Below, piece after piece: positions 1 to 10,930 of a DNA stretch of 64,000 bases. The notes below the pieces were generated by a model. The model saw only the letters and a program-made list of their open reading frames with translations, ran no database searches and was not told where the DNA came from. Origin of the DNA: Gracilinanus agilis (taxonomy: Eukaryota); NCBI RefSeq assembly GCF_016433145.1, contig NC_058130.1, positions 732,123,332 to 732,187,331 on the forward strand, given 5' to 3'. Made by a program: the position numbers and the translations under genes. The stretch's first letter is position 1; every line of letters begins with the position of its first letter.

Positions 1-476
1 AGGGTGGACAGGGATGGGGGCAGGGGGTGGGGGGGGGCGGGGGGAGGGCTTGCTGTAGTCTGCTCTGAGAGGATCCGGCTGAGACTGGAGAATAAATTTT
101 TAGCCCATGGGCAGAGAAAGGGCTCAGATATCTCCCCATTTTTCTCCATCTCTGGAGAGACCCTTGAAACTGGGCATGAAGCCATGGGGTCAATCAACCA
201 CTGTTTGGGGGTCTCCTCCTCTCAAGGAGCCTACTTTATTCCTCCCTTATCCCTTGTTCTCTATATCCCTGTCTCTTTTCCTCTTTCCTCTTCTCTGTCT
301 CCTGTTTTTTTTTTTGTTTTTTTTTTCCATTCCCCACTCCCTGTATATCTCCCTGTCCAGGGTCTCTTTTCATTTCTTCCTTTTAAATCTCACTGTTCTT
401 CTATAACGGAGTCTCCTTTTCTACCTAACTTCATCAGTCTCTTCCCCTCCTTTCCTGACTCAGACCCTCACCTCTA

Positions 477-832
477 GGGTCTCTCTCTCTCCCCACCCCA
501 CCCCATCTTCCCTCTCTCTCTCTCTCTCTCTCCTCCTCCCTCTCACTCTCTCTTCCCCTCTCCCTCTCTTCCTCCCCCCTCTCATCTTCCCTTTCCCCTT
601 TCTCATCCTCTCTCTCTTCCCCTCTCATCTTCCCTCTCCCTCTCTCCCCCCTCTCCTCCTCCCTCTCTCTTTCATCCTCTCTCCTCCTTCTCATCTTCCC
701 TCTCTCTCTCCCATCTTTTATTCTCCCTCTCCCTCTCTCCTCCCTCTCTCTCCCCACCTCTTTCTCATCCTTCCTCTCCCTCTCTCTGTTACCCTCTCTC
801 TCCCCCCCCCCCCCACACACACACCTGGGATC
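477..832 (+). repeat. Homopyrimidine (CT/CCT/CTC-rich) low-complexity tract in a CRLF1 intron
   Basis: About 350 bp almost exclusively C/T on the + strand with scattered A, ending in C-run and (CA)n. Confidence 0.9.
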
Positions 833-1503
833 AGCTCAATGGGGTCTTCTGCTCTTTCTTTGTGGAAAATGAAAGAAAGAAATCCCTTCAGCTTTTCTCA
901 AGCCCTAATGAACAAGGGAGTGAGTGAGGGGGAGACAGGCTGCTCATTCATTCACTCACTGCCCCCCCCAACACAGACATCCCCCCGGGGCTTGATGTGC
1001 ACACAGGAGCCTAGGCAAATGTGGACCTGCGTGTCCATGGATACATAAGCAGAGCAATCCGCATCTCTACGCCTGGACACGTGGCCATATGTGCGTGGGC
1101 ATGGAAGGTCACAAACACATGTGGGTACCTGGGCACGCTGGCACGCCTCTCACCCAGAGATGGGCAAAGCCCTGGCTCGGAGCTCACCTGTGGCACCCTC
1201 TCTGACCTTTTCCTCTCTCTCTTTCCCTAGTCTTACCCTGCTCTGTCTCTCCCACCTCCTGGGATTAGGCCCAAAGCTTGGAGACTAGCTCCCAGACAGT
1301 GACACCCGGGGCCCAGGCGGTCCCTTAGCCCAGAACCCACAAGAGTTCTCGATCCAGAGCCCAGGAGAGGCCACGGTTAAACCTAGAACAGCCTAAAAGC
1401 TGGCAGAGCCCCGAGCTCATGGTTCAGACCCAAGGCACTCCCCAGGCTGCCGCCTGTCTCTCCTGGCAGCGCCAGGTCTCCATGGCTTCTCTCCATTCTC
1501 CAG

Positions 1504-1688
1504 AGCGGCAGGGCTCTAGTGGCGCCTGTGAGCCTCGGGGAGGGGAGCCCAGCTCCATGCCAGTGAGACGGGAGCTAAAGCAGTTCCTGGGCTGGCTGAA
1601 GAAGCATTCCTACTGCCCCAACCTCAGCTTCCGCCTTTATGACCAGTGGCGAGCCTGGATGCAGAAATCCCACAAGACCCGCAACCAG
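1504..1688 (+). CDS. CRLF1: CRLF1 (cytokine receptor-like factor 1) internal coding exon
   Basis: cag|AG CGG...AAC CAG|gtaggt; encodes (E)[61 protein letters not shown], matching the known CRLF1 C-terminal region. Confidence 0.95.
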
Positions 1689-2100
1689 GTAGGTATGGCC
1701 CAGAGCTGGAGCCTTCCCTAGAGGGTGCCCCGTGCCCTGCCCACTGAGCAGCCTGGCCCGCTGCCTCTTCCCTAAATGAAGGAAGCCTAGAGAAGCGATC
1801 TTAGATCCTCCATCATCGCAGAGCTGGGAAGGGATCCTCTAGGCCAACCCCTTCATTTCAGAGATGGGAAATCCCCAGCCCAGAGTCACCCGGCAAAGCC
1901 ATGGCAGAACTAGGACAAGTGTCTTGAACTCCCAGCCATGAGCCCTGAGAATTGGGGCCTTGGAGGCCTTATGTTGGGGCCCCTGTTTCTGAGCCAGGGG
2001 CCAGCCCTGACCCCTCCTGCCTTAAGGCGATAATTTAGGGGACCCTGGGTGGCTGGGAGCAGACGCCCTCAAACATCACTCATGTTCTTTCTAAGCACAG

Positions 2101-2143
2101 GACGAGGGGCTCCTGTCCTCGGGCAGACGGAGCACGGCGAGAG
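2101..2143 (+). CDS. CRLF1: CRLF1 penultimate exon (43 bp), DEGLLSSGRRSTAR(G)
   Basis: cacag|GACGAGGGG...GCGAGAG|gtaatc; matches human DEGILPSGRRGTARG; a second AG 5 nt upstream at 2094-2095. Confidence 0.9.
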
Positions 2144-2336
2144 GTAATCAGGACTCTGGATGGGTGAGGGGGCCACAGGGAGAGAGTGGGACCCACGCAT
2201 TTCCCCAAAACGCAGCCTTCCAAGCCAACTGTGCCTGTTCCATCCAAGCCCTGGTGTGACTAAAACTCTAGTCCTAGCCCCTGGTGCCCACCTTCGTCTG
2301 TGCTCAGCCACAGCTCCTCTCCTTTTCTGCCTGTAG

Positions 2337-2353
2337 GTCCTGCCCGGAGATAA
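2337..2353 (+). CDS. CRLF1: CRLF1 last coding exon, (G)PARR-stop
   Basis: polypyrimidine tract ctcctctccttttctgcctgtag|GT CCT GCC CGG AGA TAA; human ends GPAR*. Confidence 0.88.
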
Positions 2354-2737
2354 ACTGTAGCAGTCCCAGATCCTGGGCCAGGAGGGTGTCTGCCCCCCCC
2401 AAAGCCACCTCCCAAAGAGTCTATGAAACACAGAGGGAGGACCAATCTGGGGCTCCCACCCCGAGTCCTCCCAAGAACTGGATCTGTGGATTCATCCAGG
2501 ACACAAGATGCACCTCCTCCCCATCTTGTCTGAGCCCCTTCCTAACATGGGCAGCCCAGGCTTTGGTGGAGCCACCGGGCGTCTCGGCCGTCTGGCAAGG
2601 AGCCGTCCTGAAGAGCAGGCCAGTGAGGGAACGGAACACGGCAGGGCTGAGAGGGGGTGGGCCAGATGGAGCCCCTGCTTCTCGTGGGACCCGCACCTTC
2701 CTGCTTCTGCCCAGCACCCTGGCAAAAGAGTCTTATA

Positions 2738-2743
2738 AATAAA
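2738..2743 (+). terminator. CRLF1: Polyadenylation signal of CRLF1
   Basis: AATAAA about 385 nt after the stop, followed by a T-rich stretch. Confidence 0.7.
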
Positions 2744-3287
2744 TGACTTATTTTTGGTGAAGCCGTCGGAGTGGCAAGTGGGGGGGGGGTGCCTCTGAGC
2801 CAGGGCCACTCTGAAAGGGGCTCCCTAAAAGCTAAAATCTCTGGGTGGCATCTCTGCTCCCAGCAGCTCCCTGAAAGGCTCCTTCTTTCCTTCTTCCATT
2901 CTCACAAGGTTAGGGAAGGACTGAGCCAGGTACAGACCATGGAGGCCGCAGAGGGCCAGGCCGTGAAGCTCCGTGGTGGGCCTCTCCCTGCCCCTGCCCG
3001 GCCCTCGGCCTTCCCTGCAGAGATCTACTAGGGCTCTCCCTACCCCCTCTCAGGTCTGGCCTTCCTCGCTGTGGAGTGAGGTGCCTCCCTGGGCCTGCAA
3101 CCCCAATCCTGGGTGAGCTCGGGCAAGGCGGCACCGCCCTGAGACCCACAATCCCCCAAGAGACGAAGGGCCCACAGAGAGGAGCCCAGCTCTGGGTCTC
3201 GGTTCTGAGCCTCGGCTCCCTCGCAACAGAGTCGATGTGTGAACCACGGCGCAGGGAAGAGGAGAGAGAAGAGGGGAGACAGAGCGC

Positions 3288-3293
3288 TTTATT
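3288..3293 (-). terminator. REX1BD: Polyadenylation signal of REX1BD
   Basis: tttatt on + (AATAAA on -) about 230 nt downstream of the REX1BD stop. Confidence 0.7.
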
Positions 3294-3525
3294 GTGGCAC
3301 ACGCGGGGACGCTGCCCAAAGGGTCACAAAGGGATGGTGGCCTCCCCCCGCAGGGTGCGGTCCGGGGGCTCCCCCGGGGGAGGATGGCATCCGGAGGGGG
3401 TGAGGGCCCTGCACAGGCCTCCCATCCCCCAGCCCGGAGCCCAGTGACCCCAGAGGAGGCTGAGGGGCGGTGGGCGGGCGGGCGCCTCTCCTCCTAGCGT
3501 TTCCCATCTCCCTCGGGGCCAAACA

Positions 3526-3598
3526 TCACTCAGCCTCTTCCGAATCATACTTCAGGTCCTGGACAATCTCACTGATTACCTCCATGGTTTTAATTATC
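3526..3598 (-). CDS. REX1BD: REX1BD exon 5 (last), IIKTMEVISEIVQDLKYDSEEAE*
   Basis: ctcttgtag|G ATA ATT AAA ACC ATG...GAG TGA; matches human [23 protein letters not shown]; phase consistent. Confidence 0.92.
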
Positions 3599-4019
3599 CT
3601 ACAAGAGCGGATGGAAACTATAAATAAGATCCAGATGGATCGAATTATCCCGACCGTGCAGCTCCAGCAGGCCTGTTTACGAAAGGCTCGGCCCAGAGAA
3701 GGCGACGGAGCCCTCTGCAGGGTGGTAGCTCACCAGGCCCGCCCGCCCACGCCCCGGCCCACTGGGTCTCCCTGCCGGCTCCGAGGGGCCCGCAGGGGAG
3801 GGGACGGGGGCGAGAGGGTGTGGCCCAAAGGGGACCCCGGCTGGCCCACCAAGTCAGTGGCACGTGAGATGTGAGGAGGGAGGCGGAGAAGAGGAAGAGA
3901 CCCAGAGGAGGCGCAGGGGGAGCCGGGCCCGGGGAGAGGAAAGGGCCTCCGAGGGGAGCCCCGAGGAAGAGCGCGTACGTCGGGGAGTCTGCGTGTGCTG
4001 GGGGAGAGGCTGCGGACGT

Positions 4020-4250
4020 GGGAACGTGGAAGCGTGTGTAACTGTGACTGTCCTAGTATGAGAGCACGTGGGCACACATGTCTGTGTGTGCCCGTGTATG
4101 TGTGTGTGTGTGTGTGTAAGGGAGGCCAGGAGGGGGTGTGCCCGTGTGGGCACGCATGTCTGTGGGCATGTGCAAGTGTGTAAGGGAGGACATGAGGGGG
4201 TGTGCCCGTGTGCTCACGCGTGTCTGTGGGCATGTGCCCGTGTGCATTAG
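4020..4250. repeat. Degenerate TG-rich tandem repeat (about 60-63 bp unit) with (TG)n in REX1BD intron 4
   Basis: gtgtaagggagg..agggggtgtgcccgtgtg..cacgc.tgtctgtgggcatgtgc repeated; alternating purine-pyrimidine. Confidence 0.75.
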
Positions 4251-4344
4251 GGAAGAGGCAGAGGCTAGGAAGGAGGGGTGAATGCTGGGGGCCTCTCCCA
4301 GGACCCCACCCCACCCCCCACCCTCCAGAGCAGGTGAGCCCCAC

Positions 4345-4433
4345 CTCTGGCGCAGCTCCTGAACCTCCTCCCTGGGGGCCACGGCCCCGGGCTCCTCTTG
4401 GGCCTTCTGCCGGGCCAGCTGTAGAGCGGCTGT
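4345..4433 (-). CDS. REX1BD: REX1BD exon 4, TAALQLARQKAQEEPGAVAPREEVQELRQ(R)
   Basis: ccccag|ACA GCC...CAG AG|gtgggg; 89 bp, phase 0 to 2, joins flanking exons in frame. Confidence 0.85.
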
Positions 4434-4660
4434 CTGGGGGGAGAGGAGAGCGGCTCCCTGAGTGTGGGCCCGAGGCCACTCCCCCCGGGCACACCCCCAG
4501 CCGCCTGCCTGGCCCCTCGCCCACCGGAGTCTGGGGAGAGTGGAGGCCCAGGACAGTGAAACACTGGAGGAGGGAGGGCTAGGCGGAGGCCAGGGACGAA
4601 GGTAGGAGGGCTGACTGGGGCTGAGGACGCAGGCCAAGGGGGCAGGAGGCAGGGGCTGAC

Positions 4661-4865
4661 CAGCTCCAGTCGCTGCTGCTCCTGGTCTTGCAGGCGGGCC
4701 ACGTGCTGGGCAAGGTCCGGCCGCCCGTGGCTGTCCCGGAGCAGCTCCTGGATGGCCAGCACTTCTCGGGAGATGCTGGCAAAGGCCTCGGTCACCTCGT
4801 GCACCAGCTGCCGGTAGCGGGGGAAGTCATAGTGCGGCCCGCTGCTCAAGTAGGCCCGGTGACCC
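4661..4865 (-). CDS. REX1BD: REX1BD exon 3 (REX1-B domain core), GHRAYLSSGPHYDFPRYRQLVHEVTEAFASISREVL...RLEL
   Basis: ttgcag|G GGT CAC...GAG CTG|gtcagc; 205 bp; similar to human [36 protein letters not shown]. Confidence 0.92.
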
Positions 4866-5041
4866 CTGCAAGGAAGGCAAGTGGCTTAGGCAGAGTCGGA
4901 GAAGGCCGGCGGAGCCCCCTCACAGGAGAGAGGAACAAGGGGGCCCCAGGAAGTCCCAGAACTCGTCCGGGGTCCCAGGCAATGCCGGCAGAAGGCACCA
5001 TGGCTTCTGGCCCTCCCCAAGGACCCCCGACCCCCACTGAC

Positions 5042-5124
5042 TGGTCCAGGAGTCCGAAGGCCTCGGAGCGCTCAGCCTGAAGGTCTTGAAGTTGCAAAAG
5101 CAGGTCTCGGACTTGGGCTTGGCT
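5042..5124 (-). CDS. REX1BD: REX1BD exon 2, SQAQVRDLLLQLQDLQAERSEAFGLLD(Q)
   Basis: ccccacag|AGC CAA...GAC CA|gtcagt; 83 bp; similar to human [24 protein letters not shown]. Confidence 0.88.
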
Positions 5125-5569
5125 CTGTGGGGATACAGAGGAGGGAGAAATGGGAGGGCTCTGATCGGCACCCGTGGGCCCATTTCACAGAGGCCTCGGA
5201 AAGGCTCTGCCCAGCCCCCCAGCCTTCTTTGAAGGTCCCAAGAACAAGGGCCTAGAAAGGAGGGATTCAGCCTCGGTCCCTTCCTTCCCCAGCGCTGCGC
5301 CAGGTCCCTCTACGGGTCCCCAAGCCGGCAGAGCTCCAGCCTGGACCAGAGGGGCCAAGCGTGGCGGAGGAGAGGCGTAGACAGGGATGGGGGTGGGGCG
5401 GGGCCTGGGGATGTCACTGCAATCTGGCCGGCCGGGAGCAGGGGCATCTGGGAAAGGAGTCCCGACCCCGCAGTAGCTTGGCCCCTGGAAGTCATCTAAT
5501 CCAACCTTCTCATTTGAGGGAGAAGACAGGAAAAGGAGCAAAAGGAAAACCCGGGGCTTTGCAAGGAGC

Positions 5570-5930
5570 GGCCAGTGGGGGCGCCAGAGGGAAGAGACGC
5601 GCAGGGTCGCTCAGGCAGGGGAGCAAGAGCTCAGGCATTGGCCACTAGGGGGCGCCAGAGGGAAGGGACGTGCAGGGTCTCTAGGGCAGAGGGAATGGCC
5701 AGAGGGAATGGCCAGAGGGAAATGTCCCCCTCACCCCACGCAGGGACTGTCAAACAGGGGAATTGCCAGAAAGAAGGGGTAGGAGATAGAACTTGGCATA
5801 GACCACTAGGGGGTACCAAAGGGAAGCCCCACCACCACCTCTATCCCACGCAGGGACTCTCAGACAGGGGAATGCCAGAGGGAAGGGGTGGGAAGCGGAG
5901 CTAGGACAGCGGCCACTGGGGGGCGCCAAA
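5570..5930 (+). promoter_or_regulatory. Cluster of four co-oriented CTCF-like motifs in a degenerate repeat, REX1BD intron 1
   Basis: TGGCCACTAGGGGGCGCCA (5639-5657), CGGCCACTGGGGGGCGCCA (5910-5928), AGACCACTAGGGGGTACCA (5800-5818), GGCCAGTGGGGGCGCCA (5570-5586, one base short). Confidence 0.65.
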
Positions 5931-6049
5931 GGGAAGGAACGAGTAGGCGGGGCTCTGAAAGCACGCCGGTTGTGGGGGGCGGGGGAGGAAGCAATGGCCA
6001 CTGTGAGGCGCACTCTGGTAGGGGAGCTTGGAAGAAGCCCAGGCCATCC

Positions 6050-6420
6050 ATCGCCTCCCACCCCGCACCCCGTCTCCCGGCTATCTGTGTTCCTCTCCAC
6101 ACACACGCCCTTCTCCAGCGGCGGATCTCCCCACCCCCAGCCCGAGCCCTACCCGTAACCCTCCCCTCTCTTCCCCTATGGCCTCGGCAGGCTCACCCCG
6201 GCCCGGGCCGGCTCCTCGGGCCCTGGGCTGCCCGCCCCTCCGCCGGGGGCCGCAGGAGCCTCCACCTCGGCACTAGCTCCCGGCATGGCAGGCCCCATAG
6301 AGGCCGCAGCCCGGCGGGGCCGGCCGGCCCCAGAGGGGCGCAGACTCCGCCTGCGCCCCCTGCAGGGCGGGAGGACTCAGGACAGGCCGGGGCCACCGGC
6401 GGTCATCCAGACTCCCTCAT
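6050..6420 (-). promoter_or_regulatory. REX1BD: CpG island / promoter of REX1BD
   Basis: Very GC- and CpG-rich, GC boxes (gggcggg) around exon 1. Confidence 0.75.
6197..6298 (-). CDS. REX1BD: REX1BD exon 1, MGPAMPGASAEVEAPAAPGGGAGSPGPEEPARAG
   Basis: ATG at 6298 (second in-frame ATG at 6286 in gccATG context); ends GCC GGG|gtgagc; EEPA motif as in human; total CDS 552 nt. Confidence 0.8.
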
Positions 6421-6689
6421 CCCTGCCCAGGACCCTTCTCTGTCCACACAAACCACGCTGTTCCAGAGCTGACTCTCCCATGAACAATACTAAGTATTTT
6501 TCCATTTCCATAGCGCTTCAAGGTGTGCGCGAAGCACTTTAAATATACTGCGTAGTTGGAGGTGCTGGTGGTATGATTATCCCCACTTACAGATTTGAAA
6601 CAGGTTGGGAGAGATTCAGTGATTTGCCTACCACCGCTGCACTGCCTGTAAGCATCAGAGGGAGAATTTGAACTTGGGTCTTAAGACTT

Positions 6690-6915
6690 GGGGCAGCTAG
6701 GTGGTGCAGTAGAGTGCTGATTCAGACCCAGCCTCAGACATTTCCTAGCTGTGTGACCCTGGGTAAGTCACTTAACTCTACTGGTCTGGATTTCCTCATC
6801 AGTAAAATGAGCTGGAGAAGGAAATGGCAAACCACTCCTGTATCTTTACCAAGAAAGCCCCAAAAGGGGTCAAGAGGAGTCAAATATGGACACAGATGTG
6901 ACTGAACAACTTCAA
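6690..6915 (+). mobile_element. Marsupial CORE-SINE (MAR1-like) with RTE-type tail
   Basis: gggcagctaggtggtgcagt..gctgtgtgaccctgggtaagtcac..gagaaggaaatggcaaaccactcc..aagaaagcccc; similar copies near 11760-11980 and 28930-29180. Confidence 0.7.
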
Positions 6916-7731
6916 ACTTCAAGTCCAACGTTCTTAAGGCCATCTCTGAAAATATTCTAATGCTACATGGGCTTTTCTTTGTATCCCCAGATTCTATCAT
7001 TGCCTGGCACATAAGAGCTTGTATACTCAATCAATTTATTATTAGGATATTCATCAGTGAATAAAAGAGCAAGGAGGCAACAACGTGCCAGCTGTTAGAA
7101 TTATATCCTTTGAACAACCCTGTGAGAGAGGTAGAATTATGATCCCCATGACAGATGGGACACTGAGGCAGTTAAGTGTCCCAAGGGCACACAGTAAATG
7201 TTGGAGGCTGGAGATTCCCCCCTTGCCAATCAATGAATCAATATCTATTAAGCACCTACTATGTGCCAGGCACTGTGCTGAGTGCAATCCACAGAATCAT
7301 CTAGCTGCCTGCAGTGAGAGTAAATCTGGGATTTGAACTCAGTTCCTTTGATTTCCTAATCCAGCACATTTCACACTCCAGTCCCAACACACACACACCA
7401 CAAAATGGTGCTTTTCCTGACTTTAAAAAACATGGAATTTTGCCCCTTTCTTTTCAGATGAGTAAACTGAGTGGTTTGCCAGCTCCTAGGACAATGATGA
7501 TTGGCAAACTGAAAAAAAGAAAATGACAAATGCTAGAGGGCCTGGGGACAAACAGGTGATTTCACTGTTGGTGGAGCAACAGGTCCAGCCATCCTGAAAA
7601 GCAATTTCAAACAATGCTCAAGAAGTTATTAAACCAAACTGATCTTATTAATTAATTAAACCATATTAAACCTTTTGAGCAAGTGATACTAGGCCTAAGC
7701 CTCAAAGAGATCAAAGGAAGAGGATCTATCC

Positions 7732-7924
7732 CAGTGGTTCCCAAACTTTTTTGGCCTTCCTCCCCCTTTCCAGAAAAAATATTACTTAGCCCCCTGGAAA
7801 TTAATTTTTTTTAAATTTTAATAGCAATTAATAGGAAAGATAAATGCACCTGTAGCTATCACTGCTCTCTTGGATCGCTGCAGCACCCACCAGGGGGCAA
7901 TAGCGCCCACTTTGGGAATCACTG
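7732..7924 (+). mobile_element. hAT/Charlie-type MITE, family A copy 1
   Basis: TIRs CAGTGGTTCCCAAA / TTTGGGAATCACTG; degenerate 8-bp TSD atctatcc/ctctatac. Confidence 0.8.
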
Positions 7925-7929
7925 CTCTA

Positions 7930-8290
7930 TACAAACAAAAATATTGAAAGCAGCTCTTTTTGTGATGGCAAAAAGCTGGAATCCAAAGAAGTGCCCATCA
8001 GCTGTGAATGGCTTGAACACATCATGGTCTATGACCAACAGAATTTTGCAAAAAACCATGAAGAGGTCAATTTCAGAGAAACTCAGAAAATCTTGTATGC
8101 ACTGATGTGAAGTGAGCAGAACCAGAAAATATACAATAATGTAGACAATATTACACATATTTACAATAAAATCCTGAGAGTTCTGATCAATGAAATGACT
8201 AAACACAATTCCAAAAGACTTGCTTTGAAATCTGCTGCTCCCCTTCCAGCCAAGAGCTGAATGATTCAGAGTACAGACATTCTTTTTGGA
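7930..8290 (+). mobile_element. Old L1 3' fragment
   Basis: gcagctctttttgtgatggcaaaaagctggaatccaaagaagtgcccatca..., similar to L1 3' pieces at 42180-42500. Confidence 0.7.
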
Positions 8291-9497
8291 TGTGACCAAT
8301 ACTGCAATTTTGCTAGACAGTTATATTACAGGGAGTTTGAGTTTTGTTTTCCCAATGAGGAGGTGAATGGAAAGGAAAGAGGTAGTTGATTTGTTTTAAA
8401 AAAATCAATTAATTTTTAAAAATTAAGAACAATTTAAAATGCTTTGACAATTGGCTGATTGCCCAAGTTCAGTCATCTCTTCAGGGTCAGAGATGTTTCC
8501 CCTGACTCCAGCCCAGAGTTCTTTCCATCGTACCTGACTGGGTTGAGGTATTATGTCCCAGTTCTCACCTTGAGACAGCTGAAGTAGGTAGGGCTCTGAA
8601 CTTGGAACTGAGAAATGTGGAGTTCTTTTCCCCTTCTTTTACCCTGAACTCAGTGTATGACCTTGAGTAAGTCACTTTCCCCATCTACAAAATCTATAAT
8701 CTTCTACTCTACTCTTGTCTAGGTTGGTTGTCTAGGCCCTATCAAATATTAAGCCATACATAAAATTAATCTTTACAAACCTGTTTCCTCATCTGTATAC
8801 ATGCCAATACTCAGACTTGTTTTCCTTAGCATGAAGAAAATACTGAAAGTTTAGTGACTTGTTCAGGGTCACACAGCTATTCTGTCAAGAGGTAGAATTT
8901 GAATCTAGTTTTTCCTGACTTCAAACCCAACACCTTATCTGCTAGGCCAGTGGTGTCAAATTTGAACAGAAAGGAGGGCCACAAAAGTGTGGAAGGGTCA
9001 TGTGTTGACTTAGGAAAACCACATGTGTACATTACCTTCTGTTGCATTTTTACTTTTAAAAAATTTTGTCCCAATTATATTTTAATGCAACTTCATTCTG
9101 CCCTGGGGAAGCAGCACTGAGCTACCCACTGAACATCATATACTAGATCATGCTGCCCCTTCTCTCTGTGAGGGGTAATGGTGACACTACCAGCTTCACA
9201 GGTCCATCCTGAGCAAAAAGCTCTTAGAAGAGATCTTTGCACCAAAATGCCCAGAGAGGGCACGTATCTATTACTTTCCAAGTTTAAGTCAGAGAGCAAG
9301 AGCTAGAAATGACCTCCAAGGTCAAGTACATCCCCTTCATTTCATAGATGAGGGAAGTACCAAGAATCCAGATCCATGCCCCAACCCATCATTATGCCTA
9401 CTGCATTCCATAGGAACTTACAGAAAGCAGGTGTGGCATTCAACACGGGACAGTTTAACCCTGCTGCTCTTGGCACTGAGAACCTGGAAGATTCATA

Positions 9498-9671
9498 AAG
9501 TGATTCCCAAAGTGGGCACCACCACTCCCCTGGTGGGTGCTGCAGAGATGGGGGCCCCCCCGGTGATGGCCACAGGTGCATTTGGGGGCAATGATAGTAT
9601 GTGACAGGGGGCACTAAGTAATATTTTTTCTAGAAAGGGGGTGGTAGGCCAAAAAAGTTTGGGAACCACTG
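9498..9671 (-). mobile_element. hAT/Charlie-type MITE, family A copy 2 (inverted)
   Basis: (a)agtgattcccaaagtggg ... aagtttgggaaccactg; internal sequence is the reverse complement of 7732-7924. Confidence 0.75.
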
Positions 9672-10924
9672 ATAGAGGATTTAACCAGATGGAGTCACCT
9701 CCTGTGACCTCTATCCAGTGTCCCAGAAAAACCTTCAAGCGTGGAAGCACTCCAGGAGAACCTAAGACTCTCTCAGCTGGAAGAGTCCAAATTGGCATTT
9801 ACGTAACAACCAGAGTTGTCCCCAAAGTAGAACAGATCTCAGGAGACAGCTTCTGTCATTGGAGTCTTCAAAAAAGGACCAAAGGTCACTTACTACTTCC
9901 ACATTAACACTGTAGGATTCTCACTCAGGTATTAAAGGACCCGTGTATCCTCTGACAAATTTTCCAAACAAGCACCTGTGTACTTCTACATGCTGGAAAC
10001 TGTGTCAAGTCTAGCTCGTTATACCTGATGAAAGATTTGTTTAAACTTTTTCAAACTCAACAGGTTTGGGGAGATCAGAACATGTTGGGCCCATTGTGGT
10101 GACTGGAAGAGGGCCAATGAAGACGGGTCATTTAAACCAAACCCACCCACAGGAGGAATCCTCTTACAATATCCCCAGCATGTTACCTACCAATCTCTTT
10201 GCTCTAAGATGTCAAGGTAGGAACTCATATTACTGCTAAAGAGGTAAGGAGGAATGCTTAGCCCTGGCTCTCAGCCACAACTCCAATGAATTCCACATCA
10301 CATATGGGGAAGGCACCTACTTTTTTTTAAAAACCTTTACCTTCACTCTTAAAATCAGTATTATGTAAGAGTGATAAGGCCTGGGCAACTGGGGTGACTT
10401 GTCCTGACTCACACAGCTAGAGTGTCTGAGGCCAGACTTGAAATAACCTCCCATCTCCCAGACCTAGTTTTCAATCCAGGCACCTAGCTGCTACCCCCAT
10501 GGGCTCCTATTTTTAAGAGCCCAAACCCATATTACAGCAGAAGAAATGATTTGGCAAAAGTGAGTGGAAAAAGTCAAAGGGGGCAAAACTAAATAAAATC
10601 ATTAACTTACATATTACCAACCACTTTTCTTCACAAGCTGCATTCTCATTTTATAGACAAAGTGACTGCTCCAGGTCAAACTGAGTAAATCAAGAGACAA
10701 AGCTAGAAGAGAACTTCCTAAGGACACAGGTTGCACTTCCAGCCATTCAACAGAAGGCTGGGGTGGACAGCTGACATACAATAGTGGCCTTTTTCCCAGT
10801 CACCCCCTCCCCTCAGCACCTTTCCACTCTTTTCCTCCCAGAGGCTCTATCCATCAAAAGCTCCTACAAGTACAGAATGAGTTGCACAGACACAAGAGCT
10901 CCTGCTTCTCAACTAAAAGGGGAT

Positions 10925-10930
10925 TTTATT
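10925..10930 (-). terminator. UBA52: Polyadenylation signal of UBA52
   Basis: tttatt on + (AATAAA on -) about 110 nt after the stop. Confidence 0.75.

Noticed and set aside
434-820. 128-aa R/E/G-rich ORF
   Set aside because: Translation of the purine strand of a low-complexity tract
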